A stretch of 64,000 nucleotides of DNA from Candidatus Zhuqueibacterota bacterium. Lineage in GTDB: Bacteria > Zhuqueibacterota > Zhuqueibacteria > Thermofontimicrobiales > Thermofontimicrobiaceae. The position numbers and the translations under genes are program-made. The stretch lies in the NCBI GenBank assembly GCA_049322915.1, contig JBMOPW010000007.1, positions 244,246 to 308,245 on the forward strand. Reading direction: 5' to 3'. Shown here in pieces: positions 45,293 through 54,545 of this stretch (the first letter of the stretch is position 1; each line of letters begins with the position of its first letter). The notes below the pieces were generated by a model. That model had not been told where the DNA came from. It ran no database searches and saw only the letters and a program-made list of their open reading frames with translations.

Positions 45293-45772
45293 ATGTTGCT
45301 TGTACGTATGATACTGGCAGGTCTTTGCGGGTGCCTCTGCTGCACTCAGTCTGAAAAAGAGCATGATGCGGAATTGGCCCGCTATAGCGCTTTGCTGAAC
45401 TCAGTCAATGACTCGACTCAGGTGATTCAGACTGACTCGGTGAAAGCGAATCCAATTTTGGCCAGCATCCGGGAGGGCAGCCCCGGAATTGGGGAAAATG
45501 AGGCTGTGGGACGTAATCCCTTTTCGCCGGCTCGCGCTGAAGTCCGCGTCGAAAAAGTGCGGGTCGAAGCGCCCAGGCCAGTCAGTGAAATTCGCGGATT
45601 GAAATTGACCGGAATCATTCACGCCGATGGCCGAAAGAAAGCGCTGGTCAATGGACTTTTGTATGAAGAGGGAGATCGGATTGGGGCGCTGGTGATTTCT
45701 TCCATTCGCACCGGCGAGATCACATTGACAGGTAAGACAGATGTGTACACACTTCACTTAAAAGAAAACTAA
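45293..45772 (+). CDS. PilP/GspC-like putative lipoprotein
   Basis: GRNPF, LKLTGII, ALVNG-Y-EGD; Cys-containing signal peptide. Confidence 0.75.
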   Translation: MLLVRMILAGLCGCLCCTQSEKEHDAELARYSALLNSVNDSTQVIQTDSVKANPILASIREGSPGIGENEAVGRNPFSPARAEVRVEKVRVEAPRPVSEIRGLKLTGIIHADGRKKALVNGLLYEEGDRIGALVISSIRTGEITLTGKTDVYTLHLKEN

Positions 45773-45774
45773 TT

Positions 45775-47148
45775 ATGCCGAAATCTGATTGCACAATTTA
45801 CAACATACGACACGTGCGCGTCGCTGCGTTGGCGTTTATTGTCGCGATACTCCTCACGGCTTGCAGCCATCAGGCCACGAACTCTCGCCGAAGCACAGCG
45901 CTGGAGGAGAGCTACAGCCTTACCAGCCAGGCAGTGAATAAGCGCATTGACAAAGAAAATAACATTCAGGCGGACGATCCTTTCGACGATCTGAAAGTGA
46001 CCATGACGTTCAACAATGCGCGGCTGACAGATGTCCTTAGAATTGTCGCCCGTGAATTTAAGGCGAATCTGGCGATCCCCAGCGATGAGAATAGCAAAGT
46101 GACAGTCGCATTGCAGAATGCGAATCTCTACGAAGCGCTAGCAATGATCCTTTCTGCGACCGATTATGCCTATGTTAAAAAAGGACAGGTGTTCGTCATT
46201 AAAAAAAATACAGAGAAAATATCAAGTGTCTATGCATTGAAATTTGTCAAGGCTGGAAGCATTGCAGAGATACTGGCCGGCATTACTGAAACGGCGAAGA
46301 TCAGCGCCGACGAATTGACGAATTCGCTTCTCGTTACCGATGAAATTGTGAACATGGCCACCTTTGATGAGATCATCGATGAGTTGGACAAATTCCAGCC
46401 AGCGGTTTTGATCGAGGCGGATATTTTCGAGATTTCACTGGAGAACCTGAGAACCCTGGGTATCGAATGGGGGATTCATTATTTTCAAGATCCCAACGCG
46501 ATGGGCGCAGCTAGTCCAAAGGCGTTATCCGCGGAGGGGTTGGTCTTCAGCTACAGCAATTTAAAGGCGCCGCAGATCGAGTTGATGCTCAGAGCGTTGC
46601 GAGGCAGCAGCTATTCCGAATTGCTGTCCAAACCGCGAATCGTCACATTGAACGGCGAGGAAGCGAAGATGCTTGTGGGTGAACGCGTGCCGTACGTTAA
46701 AGCCTCGACAGCCACGGCAACCGGGAATGTGTTGCAGGAAGTGGAATTTGTCGATGTAGGCATTCTGCTGAAAGTGACGCCCAGGATCATTGCAGAGGAA
46801 AACATGGTCATCATTGATGTGCAGCCAGAAGTCAGCGAAGTGCTGGATAAAACCATCCAGGGCGTTCCGCGAATTGGCACCCGGGAAGCTAAAACGCGTG
46901 TGGCAGTTAAAAATGGCGAGACAGTTATTATTGGGGGACTGATAAAAAAGGATAAACTGTGGGCAGATTCGGGTACCCCTTTGTTAGAAAAAATACCACT
47001 GATCAACCTGTTTTTTAAAAACAGGACAGATAGTAAATCCGAACGGGAATTGATCGTTTTTATCACCCCGCACATTTTAACAAAGGAGCATTATGACATC
47101 ATGAAAGTTGAGCACAAAAGCGCCAAAAGCACTCATGATAACCGATGA
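45775..47148 (+). CDS. Secretin (PilQ/GspD family) with lipobox
   Basis: LSKPRIVTLNG, VGILLKVTP, NGETVIIGGL, ELIVFITPHI; LLTAC lipobox. Confidence 0.92.
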   Translation: MPKSDCTIYNIRHVRVAALAFIVAILLTACSHQATNSRRSTALEESYSLTSQAVNKRIDKENNIQADDPFDDLKVTMTFNNARLTDVLRIVAREFKANLAIPSDENSKVTVALQNANLYEALAMILSATDYAYVKKGQVFVIKKNTEKISSVYALKFVKAGSIAEILAGITETAKISADELTNSLLVTDEIVNMATFDEIIDELDKFQPAVLIEADIFEISLENLRTLGIEWGIHYFQDPNAMGAASPKALSAEGLVFSYSNLKAPQIELMLRALRGSSYSELLSKPRIVTLNGEEAKMLVGERVPYVKASTATATGNVLQEVEFVDVGILLKVTPRIIAEENMVIIDVQPEVSEVLDKTIQGVPRIGTREAKTRVAVKNGETVIIGGLIKKDKLWADSGTPLLEKIPLINLFFKNRTDSKSERELIVFITPHILTKEHYDIMKVEHKSAKSTHDNR

Positions 47149-47830
47149 CCGCGACGAATCCCGCATGTTATCCGCCTGAACTTCACTCTGAGAGTTGCTC
47201 TTTTCTGCCGTCCATGTGAAACTGAATCGATGATATGAGACCAATTTGCTACGGATTTTTGGACAATATCTGGTCAGTTCATAGCAAAAATTAGCCCAGC
47301 CTCGGTCGGGTGCGGCTTCATTACCAAACTGTAATCCGATTATGTCTCTGAAATGTAATTTTTGCTGAAAGTTAAGCAATAAATCTGTGAAATCAATAGC
47401 AACACTCATGAATTCAAAAAGATAAAATGAAAAGTAGAAATACTGTTTCAAATATAAATAGTTATATGCAAATCGCATTTCGAAAAAGTAATTGCAGATA
47501 GAGTTAAATCTTTGAGTTACTTCAAAAAGTGCTTGATTGTTTTTTACTTGTTTTTTATTATATAATCGTTTTATGATGCATGTCTTATGTATTTATGAAG
47601 AATGCGTCCATCGAAATGCAGACCATCCATTGCTCAGGGGGAAAACCTGTCGGAACGATCTATCTTAGAAGATTGATTTTACGCTAAATACAGGTACTCT
47701 AATTTAACGGATGTCAGAGAGCTATTAGCGTGTCTCACGAGCAGTGTCCCGTTTCACAGTGATTTTCGCCCATTTCTGATCTTGATTATTAAAGGCATAG
47801 CCTGTTTTTCAAAAATGATAACGAGAATTT

Positions 47831-47845
47831 TGGAATGATAATTGC
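47831..47845 (+). promoter_or_regulatory. Candidate sigma54 (-24/-12) promoter
   Basis: TGGAATGATAATTGC (GG-N10-GC), about 120 bp upstream of the 1527-aa surface protein. Confidence 0.4.
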
Positions 47846-47965
47846 GTTCTATTTGGTTGTGTTGATTTTGAAGTAAGTTTTGCAATTCGCTAATTTAATG
47901 AAGTCCATTGAGCTACTTTCTTATTTTTTTAATTGACAACTTAGGTCTACAACTGCAGGTGATGC

Positions 47966-50900
47966 ATGAACTGGCAACGGACAAAAAGATTATCTTATTT
48001 ATTTTTCCTCGGATTTATCCTTTCTATTCGACCCTCTGTCGCTTTGCTATTCGGCCAGCAAGCTGGAACCAGCAGAATATCCGGTTATATTTTCAATAAA
48101 TTTGGTCAGCCGCTTTCCGGCGTAGAAGTGCGGGCAATCATCTCCAGCGGCTCCTACTACGACCGCATTGTTTACTCATCCGCCGACGGTAGTTTTGACA
48201 TTCAGTCCCTGCCAGTCGGGCAATATTATCTCCGAATTTTCAACAAGCTGGGGTATTTAGATGTCTATTATGAAAATGCCCTCAATAAAGAAGACGCCAC
48301 GCTCATCAAGTTGAATTATGATCAGCATGTTCAGGATGTCAATTTCTACCTTGAAAGCGGCGGATTTATCAGCGGCACGATTTTCGATGAAGCGGGGGCG
48401 CCCATTACGTCGAGCAGTTCAATCGTTTTTTTCGAGGCGGAAAACAACAATCCCCGGGGTGTCATTAACAGTATGAAAGATGGCAGTTATGTCAGCCCTG
48501 CGCTTCCAAGCGGACCTCATATTTTAAAAGCCTCTTCATTCCCGTCAGGTTATATTTTGACATATTATCAAAACGTCAGCACTCAGGATAGCGCGACGGT
48601 CGTCCATGTGACCCAGGGAGATACCGTGAAAAACATCGATTTCTACCTGCGAAAAGGCGGTGCAATTTCCGGTTTCGTGAGAGGCGATACCCCGGAAAAT
48701 GAGCCGGTATTCAATGCCTGGGTTGTGGTGACTGACTGGGATAATGGTGAATGGAGCTCGGAATGCAAGACGGACTCGGACGGATATTACCGCGCCGCTG
48801 GTCTCAGGCCGGGAAATTACCGGGTCCTGGTTTACAGCGTTGATCCATTGCTATATCACACTGAATTTTATCGTGATACGCCGCAGCGGGAAAATGCAAT
48901 ACCGGTCACTGTGATCGGGGAGGAAACGACCAGCGACATCAATTTCAATCTTCAGCCGGTGAGAAGGCTGGTGACCGGGAACGAGTTCATTGAGTTTTGC
49001 GTCAGCGACCGTTACCCTGGAACCAATCTCTCCTTATGGATTACCGGCGGGCTGCCGGAAAGTAACACCGATAACGACAAGCCGCTTCTATTCGGCCATC
49101 CCTACCCGTACACGTCGTTCACGACCGTTCGGATCGATGGCGAGGATATCATTTTTGGATCCGAGAAGGGCGACATGGTCGGCAACGTTTACATCAAACC
49201 GGATGGAAAAAGTATTGAACGTACCTGGAAGTATAAGAAAATCTCCATTGTGCAGAAAATAACGTTGACGGTGAGCGAATGGTCCGAGACGAAATATGAA
49301 GACACCGCCCAGATCCAATACGTCATCACCAATGACGACGGGATAAGTCATCAGGTTGGGTTGCGCATTTTGCTTGATACCATGCTGGGGGATAATGACG
49401 CTGCTCCGATTCGTACTTCGGATTTTACTTATTCGAATTACGAGCGCTCGTTCAATTCGCACAATATGCCTGACTGGTGGGCTGCGATGGAGGGCGACAA
49501 AAGGAAGACGATTTTTTCCGCCCAGGGCACTTTGGTCGGTTACGGAGCGACGGCGCCGAATCAATTCTCAACCGTCAATTGGAGCAATGCGTTCAAAACG
49601 CTGTGGGATTATCGGACCAGCGGCGATGTCGGCGTGATTTACGACAGCGGTGTGGCCATGTGGTGGAACCCGGAACCCATTGCGCCGGGCAACACAAAGA
49701 TCGTCTGTACCTATCTGGGATTGGGAGAGATGTTCCCTGATAATTCACCCCCGTATACCGCGCACCACAGCCCGGCCAGGGACAGCAGCTATGTGGCGCT
49801 TCATTCGAATATTCAGGTGGATATTCTGGACGATTACATGGGCGTGGATTCGACGACAATCGTCATGACCGTGAATGGGCAGGTAGTAAATCCTACCATC
49901 AGCGGCAGCCTGTCTCAGTTCACGGTCAGTTTTGATCCGGAAGAGAATTTTAACTACAATGACACGGTGCGGATTAAAATCGATGCTTCCGATTTGGCTA
50001 TTGAGCCCAATATTATGCCGACCGACGAGTACGTCTTTTACGCAGTCAGGGATACGCTCCCTCCCTACGTGAAAGATGTATATCCGCTTGCCGGACTATC
50101 CCGGGTGAAATCCGATACCAGCCTGTCCCTTACCATTTGTGATGACCATTCCGGCGTGGATTCTGCCTCGATAGAAATCCGAATGGACGGCGAGGTCATT
50201 CGTCCGAACATTACAGGCTCTCCGCAGCAGTATTTCATTCGCCATCCGTTTGAACCTCCTTTTGGCGAAATGGACACGGTCATGGTCTTCATCCGGGCGA
50301 AAGATAGAGTGGCGCCGGCAAATCCGGTCACCATGCAATATCTGTTTGTGACGGAAAGGGATTCCCTGTCGCCGCGGATCACTTTTACCTATCCGTCAAA
50401 TAACCAGGTGCATATCCCACGCGATACCACGATCACAATTCGTTTGGAGGATGATTACACCGGCATTGACCTGCAATCGATTCGCATGATGGTGAACGGA
50501 ACGTTGGTTGAACATGAATTGCGCGTTTCAGATTCGCGACATGTAGAGATTGCTTATAGACCGGACCACGGGTTTCGATTTAACGATCGGATTTCAGTGC
50601 AGATCGAGGCGCGCGATCTGGCGCGGCACCCAAACGCAATGCCGCCGTTCGGATTTAACTTCAGCGTGGTGACTGATGTGGAGCCGCCATTCATTACCAG
50701 CCAGACGCCGGTTCCGAATGATACGACTGTTGTGCCCAGCCCTCAAATCGTGATCGGGATAGCGGATGAAAAAGCCGGGGTGGATTCTCTTTCCATCCGG
50801 CTATGGCTGAATGAAAATTCTGTCCCATTTCAACTGACCGGAAATAAATTTCAGTATCTGGTAAATTACCAGATCCCATCTCCATTGAATTATCTCGAGT

Positions 50901-52549
50901 GGGTGCAGGTGACTTTTGTCGCTGCCGATTTAAGCAGTCCGGCCAACGCAATGGATACGCTCCGCTATCAATTCCGAATCACGCGCGAGAAAGATGTCAC
51001 GTCGCCCTATGTGGTGCAATGGCAGCCAGTTCCTGATGCGGATGATGTTTTACCAGATTGTATTATTTCTTTCCATATCAGGGATGACATGGCCGGAGTG
51101 GATAGTAGTTCGGTTATATTAAAAATTAATAATAAATTGACAACGACGCGGCCAAAAATTACCGGTGGTTTACATGATTATCTGGTTCAATATCAGCCAC
51201 CTGAGCCATTTCAGTATGGACAAAGCATTGTGCTGCATGTCGATGCTCAGGATCTGGCGGTTGATGCACCAAACAAAATGAAAACAGACAGTTGTCATTT
51301 TTCAGTGCTGCCCGATATCGCGCCGCCAAAAGTGGAGTGGATTTCACCGGGCCTGCCTGGCACGCATATTGCATTAAATTCACATTTTACTTTCGAAATT
51401 TTCGATGAGCTGACTGGCGTCGATATTCGGTCCCTTCGATTTACGTTTCAGGATGAAGAAGTAGAGCCTGACCTGTCGGGCGAGCGTGGCCGAATTCGCG
51501 TGGAGTTCACTCCGGAAAGCCCATTGAATTACAATCAGCAGATTAAATGGGTCGTTACGGGGCGCGATCTTGCTTCGCCATCCAACCGGATGACGGATAC
51601 ATTGTTTTATTTCTATTCATTGGAAGATCACGACGCGCCGTATACGATGAACCATCAACCGGCAAAAAATCAACCCGACGTCAGATTTGATAGTGGAATA
51701 CGCGTTGATGTCTGCGATGATATTGCCGGTGTGAATTTAAGCTCGATTCGGATGACTGTAGAGGGGGATACAGTTCCTCCTCTCATTACAGGAACGTCCC
51801 AGTGTTACCAGCTCTTCTTTCAGCCTGAGCCACCTGGCTTCCGGCCGGGTCAGCGCGTGCGGGTAACTCTTGGCTGTTCCGACCTATCCAATCCACCGCT
51901 TAAAATGGACACAGACAGCTATGAGTTTTTCATTAAAGATGTCTATCCTGATTTTTATTTCGATTCCTTCAATTCAGATAATGCAAAAATATTGGTTCAT
52001 CAACCGATAACATTCTCAGGGGTCTTCCGGGTTGCAGTGGCTCCGACATTTGATTCGGTCATTGTTAAAGTCTGGGACAATAATCGGCCCGTTTTATCCG
52101 AGGCTTTTCCTCCGCTCCCGATTGATGCGGAGATGGAGATCGCCGGCAATGTCGCTTTTCAAACCAGTGGCTCGCATCGGTTACGAGTGACAGTGGATCC
52201 GGATAACAAGATAAGAGAGGCGGATGAAAGTAATAACAGCGCTGAAATCGTGATCAATGTAATTGAAGGGGAACTCATCGTCCGGTCCAATCCGTTTACT
52301 CCGAACGGCGACGGCATAAATGACGAGGTGGCATTCAATTTCGAAAAAATCGCGGTGACGAAACCATCGCTGACATTGTTCGATGTTTCCGGCCGATCGA
52401 TAACGGCGCTGACAGAATACCACAGCTATAAATTTACCTGGGACGGCAGAGATCGGTACGGCAACCAGACGCAACCTGGTGTTTACTTATACCTGCTCAA
52501 AGACGGCGAAAAAGTCGTGGCTAACGGCTACGTCGTGATTGCACGCTAA
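47966..52549 (+). CDS. Large surface protein: carboxypeptidase-regulatory-like repeats, 7 Ig-like repeats, CARDB, type-B T9SS (gliding-motility) C-terminal domain
   Basis: Signal peptide; seven D-x-x-x-P...P repeat heads of ~105 aa; DPDNKIREADESNN; C-terminal NPFTPNGDGIND...GVYLY...VVIAR. Confidence 0.82.
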   Translation: MNWQRTKRLSYLFFLGFILSIRPSVALLFGQQAGTSRISGYIFNKFGQPLSGVEVRAIISSGSYYDRIVYSSADGSFDIQSLPVGQYYLRIFNKLGYLDVYYENALNKEDATLIKLNYDQHVQDVNFYLESGGFISGTIFDEAGAPITSSSSIVFFEAENNNPRGVINSMKDGSYVSPALPSGPHILKASSFPSGYILTYYQNVSTQDSATVVHVTQGDTVKNIDFYLRKGGAISGFVRGDTPENEPVFNAWVVVTDWDNGEWSSECKTDSDGYYRAAGLRPGNYRVLVYSVDPLLYHTEFYRDTPQRENAIPVTVIGEETTSDINFNLQPVRRLVTGNEFIEFCVSDRYPGTNLSLWITGGLPESNTDNDKPLLFGHPYPYTSFTTVRIDGEDIIFGSEKGDMVGNVYIKPDGKSIERTWKYKKISIVQKITLTVSEWSETKYEDTAQIQYVITNDDGISHQVGLRILLDTMLGDNDAAPIRTSDFTYSNYERSFNSHNMPDWWAAMEGDKRKTIFSAQGTLVGYGATAPNQFSTVNWSNAFKTLWDYRTSGDVGVIYDSGVAMWWNPEPIAPGNTKIVCTYLGLGEMFPDNSPPYTAHHSPARDSSYVALHSNIQVDILDDYMGVDSTTIVMTVNGQVVNPTISGSLSQFTVSFDPEENFNYNDTVRIKIDASDLAIEPNIMPTDEYVFYAVRDTLPPYVKDVYPLAGLSRVKSDTSLSLTICDDHSGVDSASIEIRMDGEVIRPNITGSPQQYFIRHPFEPPFGEMDTVMVFIRAKDRVAPANPVTMQYLFVTERDSLSPRITFTYPSNNQVHIPRDTTITIRLEDDYTGIDLQSIRMMVNGTLVEHELRVSDSRHVEIAYRPDHGFRFNDRISVQIEARDLARHPNAMPPFGFNFSVVTDVEPPFITSQTPVPNDTTVVPSPQIVIGIADEKAGVDSLSIRLWLNENSVPFQLTGNKFQYLVNYQIPSPLNYLEWVQVTFVAADLSSPANAMDTLRYQFRITREKDVTSPYVVQWQPVPDADDVLPDCIISFHIRDDMAGVDSSSVILKINNKLTTTRPKITGGLHDYLVQYQPPEPFQYGQSIVLHVDAQDLAVDAPNKMKTDSCHFSVLPDIAPPKVEWISPGLPGTHIALNSHFTFEIFDELTGVDIRSLRFTFQDEEVEPDLSGERGRIRVEFTPESPLNYNQQIKWVVTGRDLASPSNRMTDTLFYFYSLEDHDAPYTMNHQPAKNQPDVRFDSGIRVDVCDDIAGVNLSSIRMTVEGDTVPPLITGTSQCYQLFFQPEPPGFRPGQRVRVTLGCSDLSNPPLKMDTDSYEFFIKDVYPDFYFDSFNSDNAKILVHQPITFSGVFRVAVAPTFDSVIVKVWDNNRPVLSEAFPPLPIDAEMEIAGNVAFQTSGSHRLRVTVDPDNKIREADESNNSAEIVINVIEGELIVRSNPFTPNGDGINDEVAFNFEKIAVTKPSLTLFDVSGRSITALTEYHSYKFTWDGRDRYGNQTQPGVYLYLLKDGEKVVANGYVVIAR

Positions 52550-52560
52550 ATGGAAAAATT

Positions 52561-54333
52561 ATGATCGCCTGGAAAAAAATACTGATCGGGATTGTCATTA
52601 TTTCCGGAATTCTGGACGGCGGGAATCCTCGTTCCTGCGTCTCGCAGAATATTCTCACAGCCGACCCTGCCGATATCTTTGATTCAAAAGCGATTTTTTT
52701 GAACTCGGCTGTGATTCCTTTTCAGAGACGCCATGTTGCGCTGGGAATGCAAGTGTATCAGATGGGTTTTATGAAAAGCAATGAATTGGGTTTGAATACC
52801 GGCTATTTCAGTCTTTCCCTGGCTGAGTCGCTTCCGTTGTATCTGAATTTCGGATTGTCCGGACAAAATTTTTCAACGCCGTTGTACGATCAGACAAATT
52901 TTTCATTACATTTCGCCGCCAGGCCAATGGAGCGGATATCCGTAGGGATTAAGTACAATGTGTTCACCAAATCGTATCACCAGAGGTATTTCGACCTGGT
53001 GGATATCAACGATCCTGTCTTTGCGAATGGCACGACCAAGTTTGCCCAGAGTATCGGCGCCGGGGTGCTGTTTTTCCCGCTGTCTGAGCTTGCGCTGGGT
53101 CTGGCAGTTGATCATATCAATCGGCCGGATGTTTCTCTTTCCGATGACGTGTTCCGGCAACCTCTGGCGTACGACATGGGGATTCGGTATTCGTACAGAC
53201 ACTTTAGTAGTTCCATTCATCTGAATTATATGCAGGAACACTGGCAGTTCAATTGGATGCTGGAAACGCGGCCGACGTCCATAAGCTCATTCAGGCTGGG
53301 CTTGATTCAGAAGGCTGCGGATTTTCAGGTCGAGTTGAGCGTGCTGGATGGTTTTTCAATCAACTATGTTTTTAATTACCCGCTTTACGAGGTAAGCCAG
53401 ATTAGCAGTGGCAGTCATCAGATTAACTTCATTTATGAGTTGGGACGGAGAACTCCGCTGGATGAGTTTCAATACACCAGGTATGATGAAGGCAAATCAC
53501 CCATTTTCGACCTGCCGTCTCAATTCTTTGTTGAACTGAATGATGCGACCCTTGAAGTTCAGTCACAAAAAATTCTTCGCCGGATTGAAAATGATGTGCC
53601 CGGTAATGCGCTTGCAAATCTGACTGAAATGGAATTGGCTCTCAATGATTCCATCAGCCATCCGCAGGATTTTTTTCAGCACGGACAGGTGGAAGAGCCG
53701 TTGGATCGTTTGAGCGGGAAGCCAAAATATTCGACTAAGTATGATAATTATTTAGCAGAATTGGCCGATATTTTTTCCGGAGATGGGGATGAGTCCATCA
53801 AAATCCTGACCGAAACTGCATCTCGAACACGAGCGGAAGATTTGCTTCGGGACAAAATCTACAATGCGACCAAATTGGCGGCCACAGAAAAGGTTGTCCA
53901 GTTAAATGAAACCGAAGCCACCCGCAAAGTGAAACCGGGCGATGTACCAAAAAGCAGCTATGCCTCGGCGATTGAACTCAATCCGGAAAAGGCTGTCTTT
54001 TCTGTCACATCGCTCAAAATGAGGGCGTATCGGCGAGAATGGCGGCTTGTCATACTGGACGGAGATGAAAAGGAAGTCAAAAACTTTTCCGGAAAAAACG
54101 ATGTTCCGGAAACAATTGAGTGGGATTGGAGGAACCAAAACGGCAGGTTGCTTCAGCCGGGCGTCTATGTGTACCGCCTCGAATGGTTCGATAACGAGGG
54201 CAAGTTGCGACAATCGCGAGCGGCGTCGTTCAGCGTTGAAAAGCGCTCGCGCACATTTTACATTGATGTGTGCGCATCGCCCAGGAAAATCGAGCCCGAA
54301 GGAACCCACGTTGAAATTAAACTGACGCAATAG
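52561..54333 (+). CDS. PorP/SprF-family outer-membrane beta-barrel with C-terminal FlgD-Ig-like domain
   Basis: GLAVDHINRPDVS and SGSHQINFIY (PorP-like); EWDWRNQNG-PGVYVY; adjacent to the type-B CTD protein. Confidence 0.72.
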   Translation: MIAWKKILIGIVIISGILDGGNPRSCVSQNILTADPADIFDSKAIFLNSAVIPFQRRHVALGMQVYQMGFMKSNELGLNTGYFSLSLAESLPLYLNFGLSGQNFSTPLYDQTNFSLHFAARPMERISVGIKYNVFTKSYHQRYFDLVDINDPVFANGTTKFAQSIGAGVLFFPLSELALGLAVDHINRPDVSLSDDVFRQPLAYDMGIRYSYRHFSSSIHLNYMQEHWQFNWMLETRPTSISSFRLGLIQKAADFQVELSVLDGFSINYVFNYPLYEVSQISSGSHQINFIYELGRRTPLDEFQYTRYDEGKSPIFDLPSQFFVELNDATLEVQSQKILRRIENDVPGNALANLTEMELALNDSISHPQDFFQHGQVEEPLDRLSGKPKYSTKYDNYLAELADIFSGDGDESIKILTETASRTRAEDLLRDKIYNATKLAATEKVVQLNETEATRKVKPGDVPKSSYASAIELNPEKAVFSVTSLKMRAYRREWRLVILDGDEKEVKNFSGKNDVPETIEWDWRNQNGRLLQPGVYVYRLEWFDNEGKLRQSRAASFSVEKRSRTFYIDVCASPRKIEPEGTHVEIKLTQ

Positions 54334-54455
54334 CGTTGCTCGTCTGGTTGATGAAACTCATTCAAAAACCATTAGGTAACAGAAAATAGTCCTCGACACA
54401 AGAGGCGATTTCGATGAGAGGGAAGTTCATGATGTAGCGAACGTGCGCTGAAGGT

Positions 54456-54470
54456 CGGAACACGTTTTGC
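54456..54470 (+). promoter_or_regulatory. Candidate sigma54 (-24/-12) promoter
   Basis: CGGAACACGTTTTGC (GG-N10-GC), about 75 bp upstream of the exbB-like gene. Confidence 0.4.
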
Positions 54471-54545
54471 CCGTCCGAAACGGAGACGGACAATACACTA
54501 CACGGGTAACAGGAGTTTTAATGCGATAGTTGAAGGAGCATTCCG

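Noticed and set aside
49740..51940. Ig-like repeats as a DNA tandem repeat, CRISPR or diversity-generating target
   Set aside because: The repeats are visible only at protein level and are highly diverged. No direct-repeat/spacer array, cas gene or reverse transcriptase is present.
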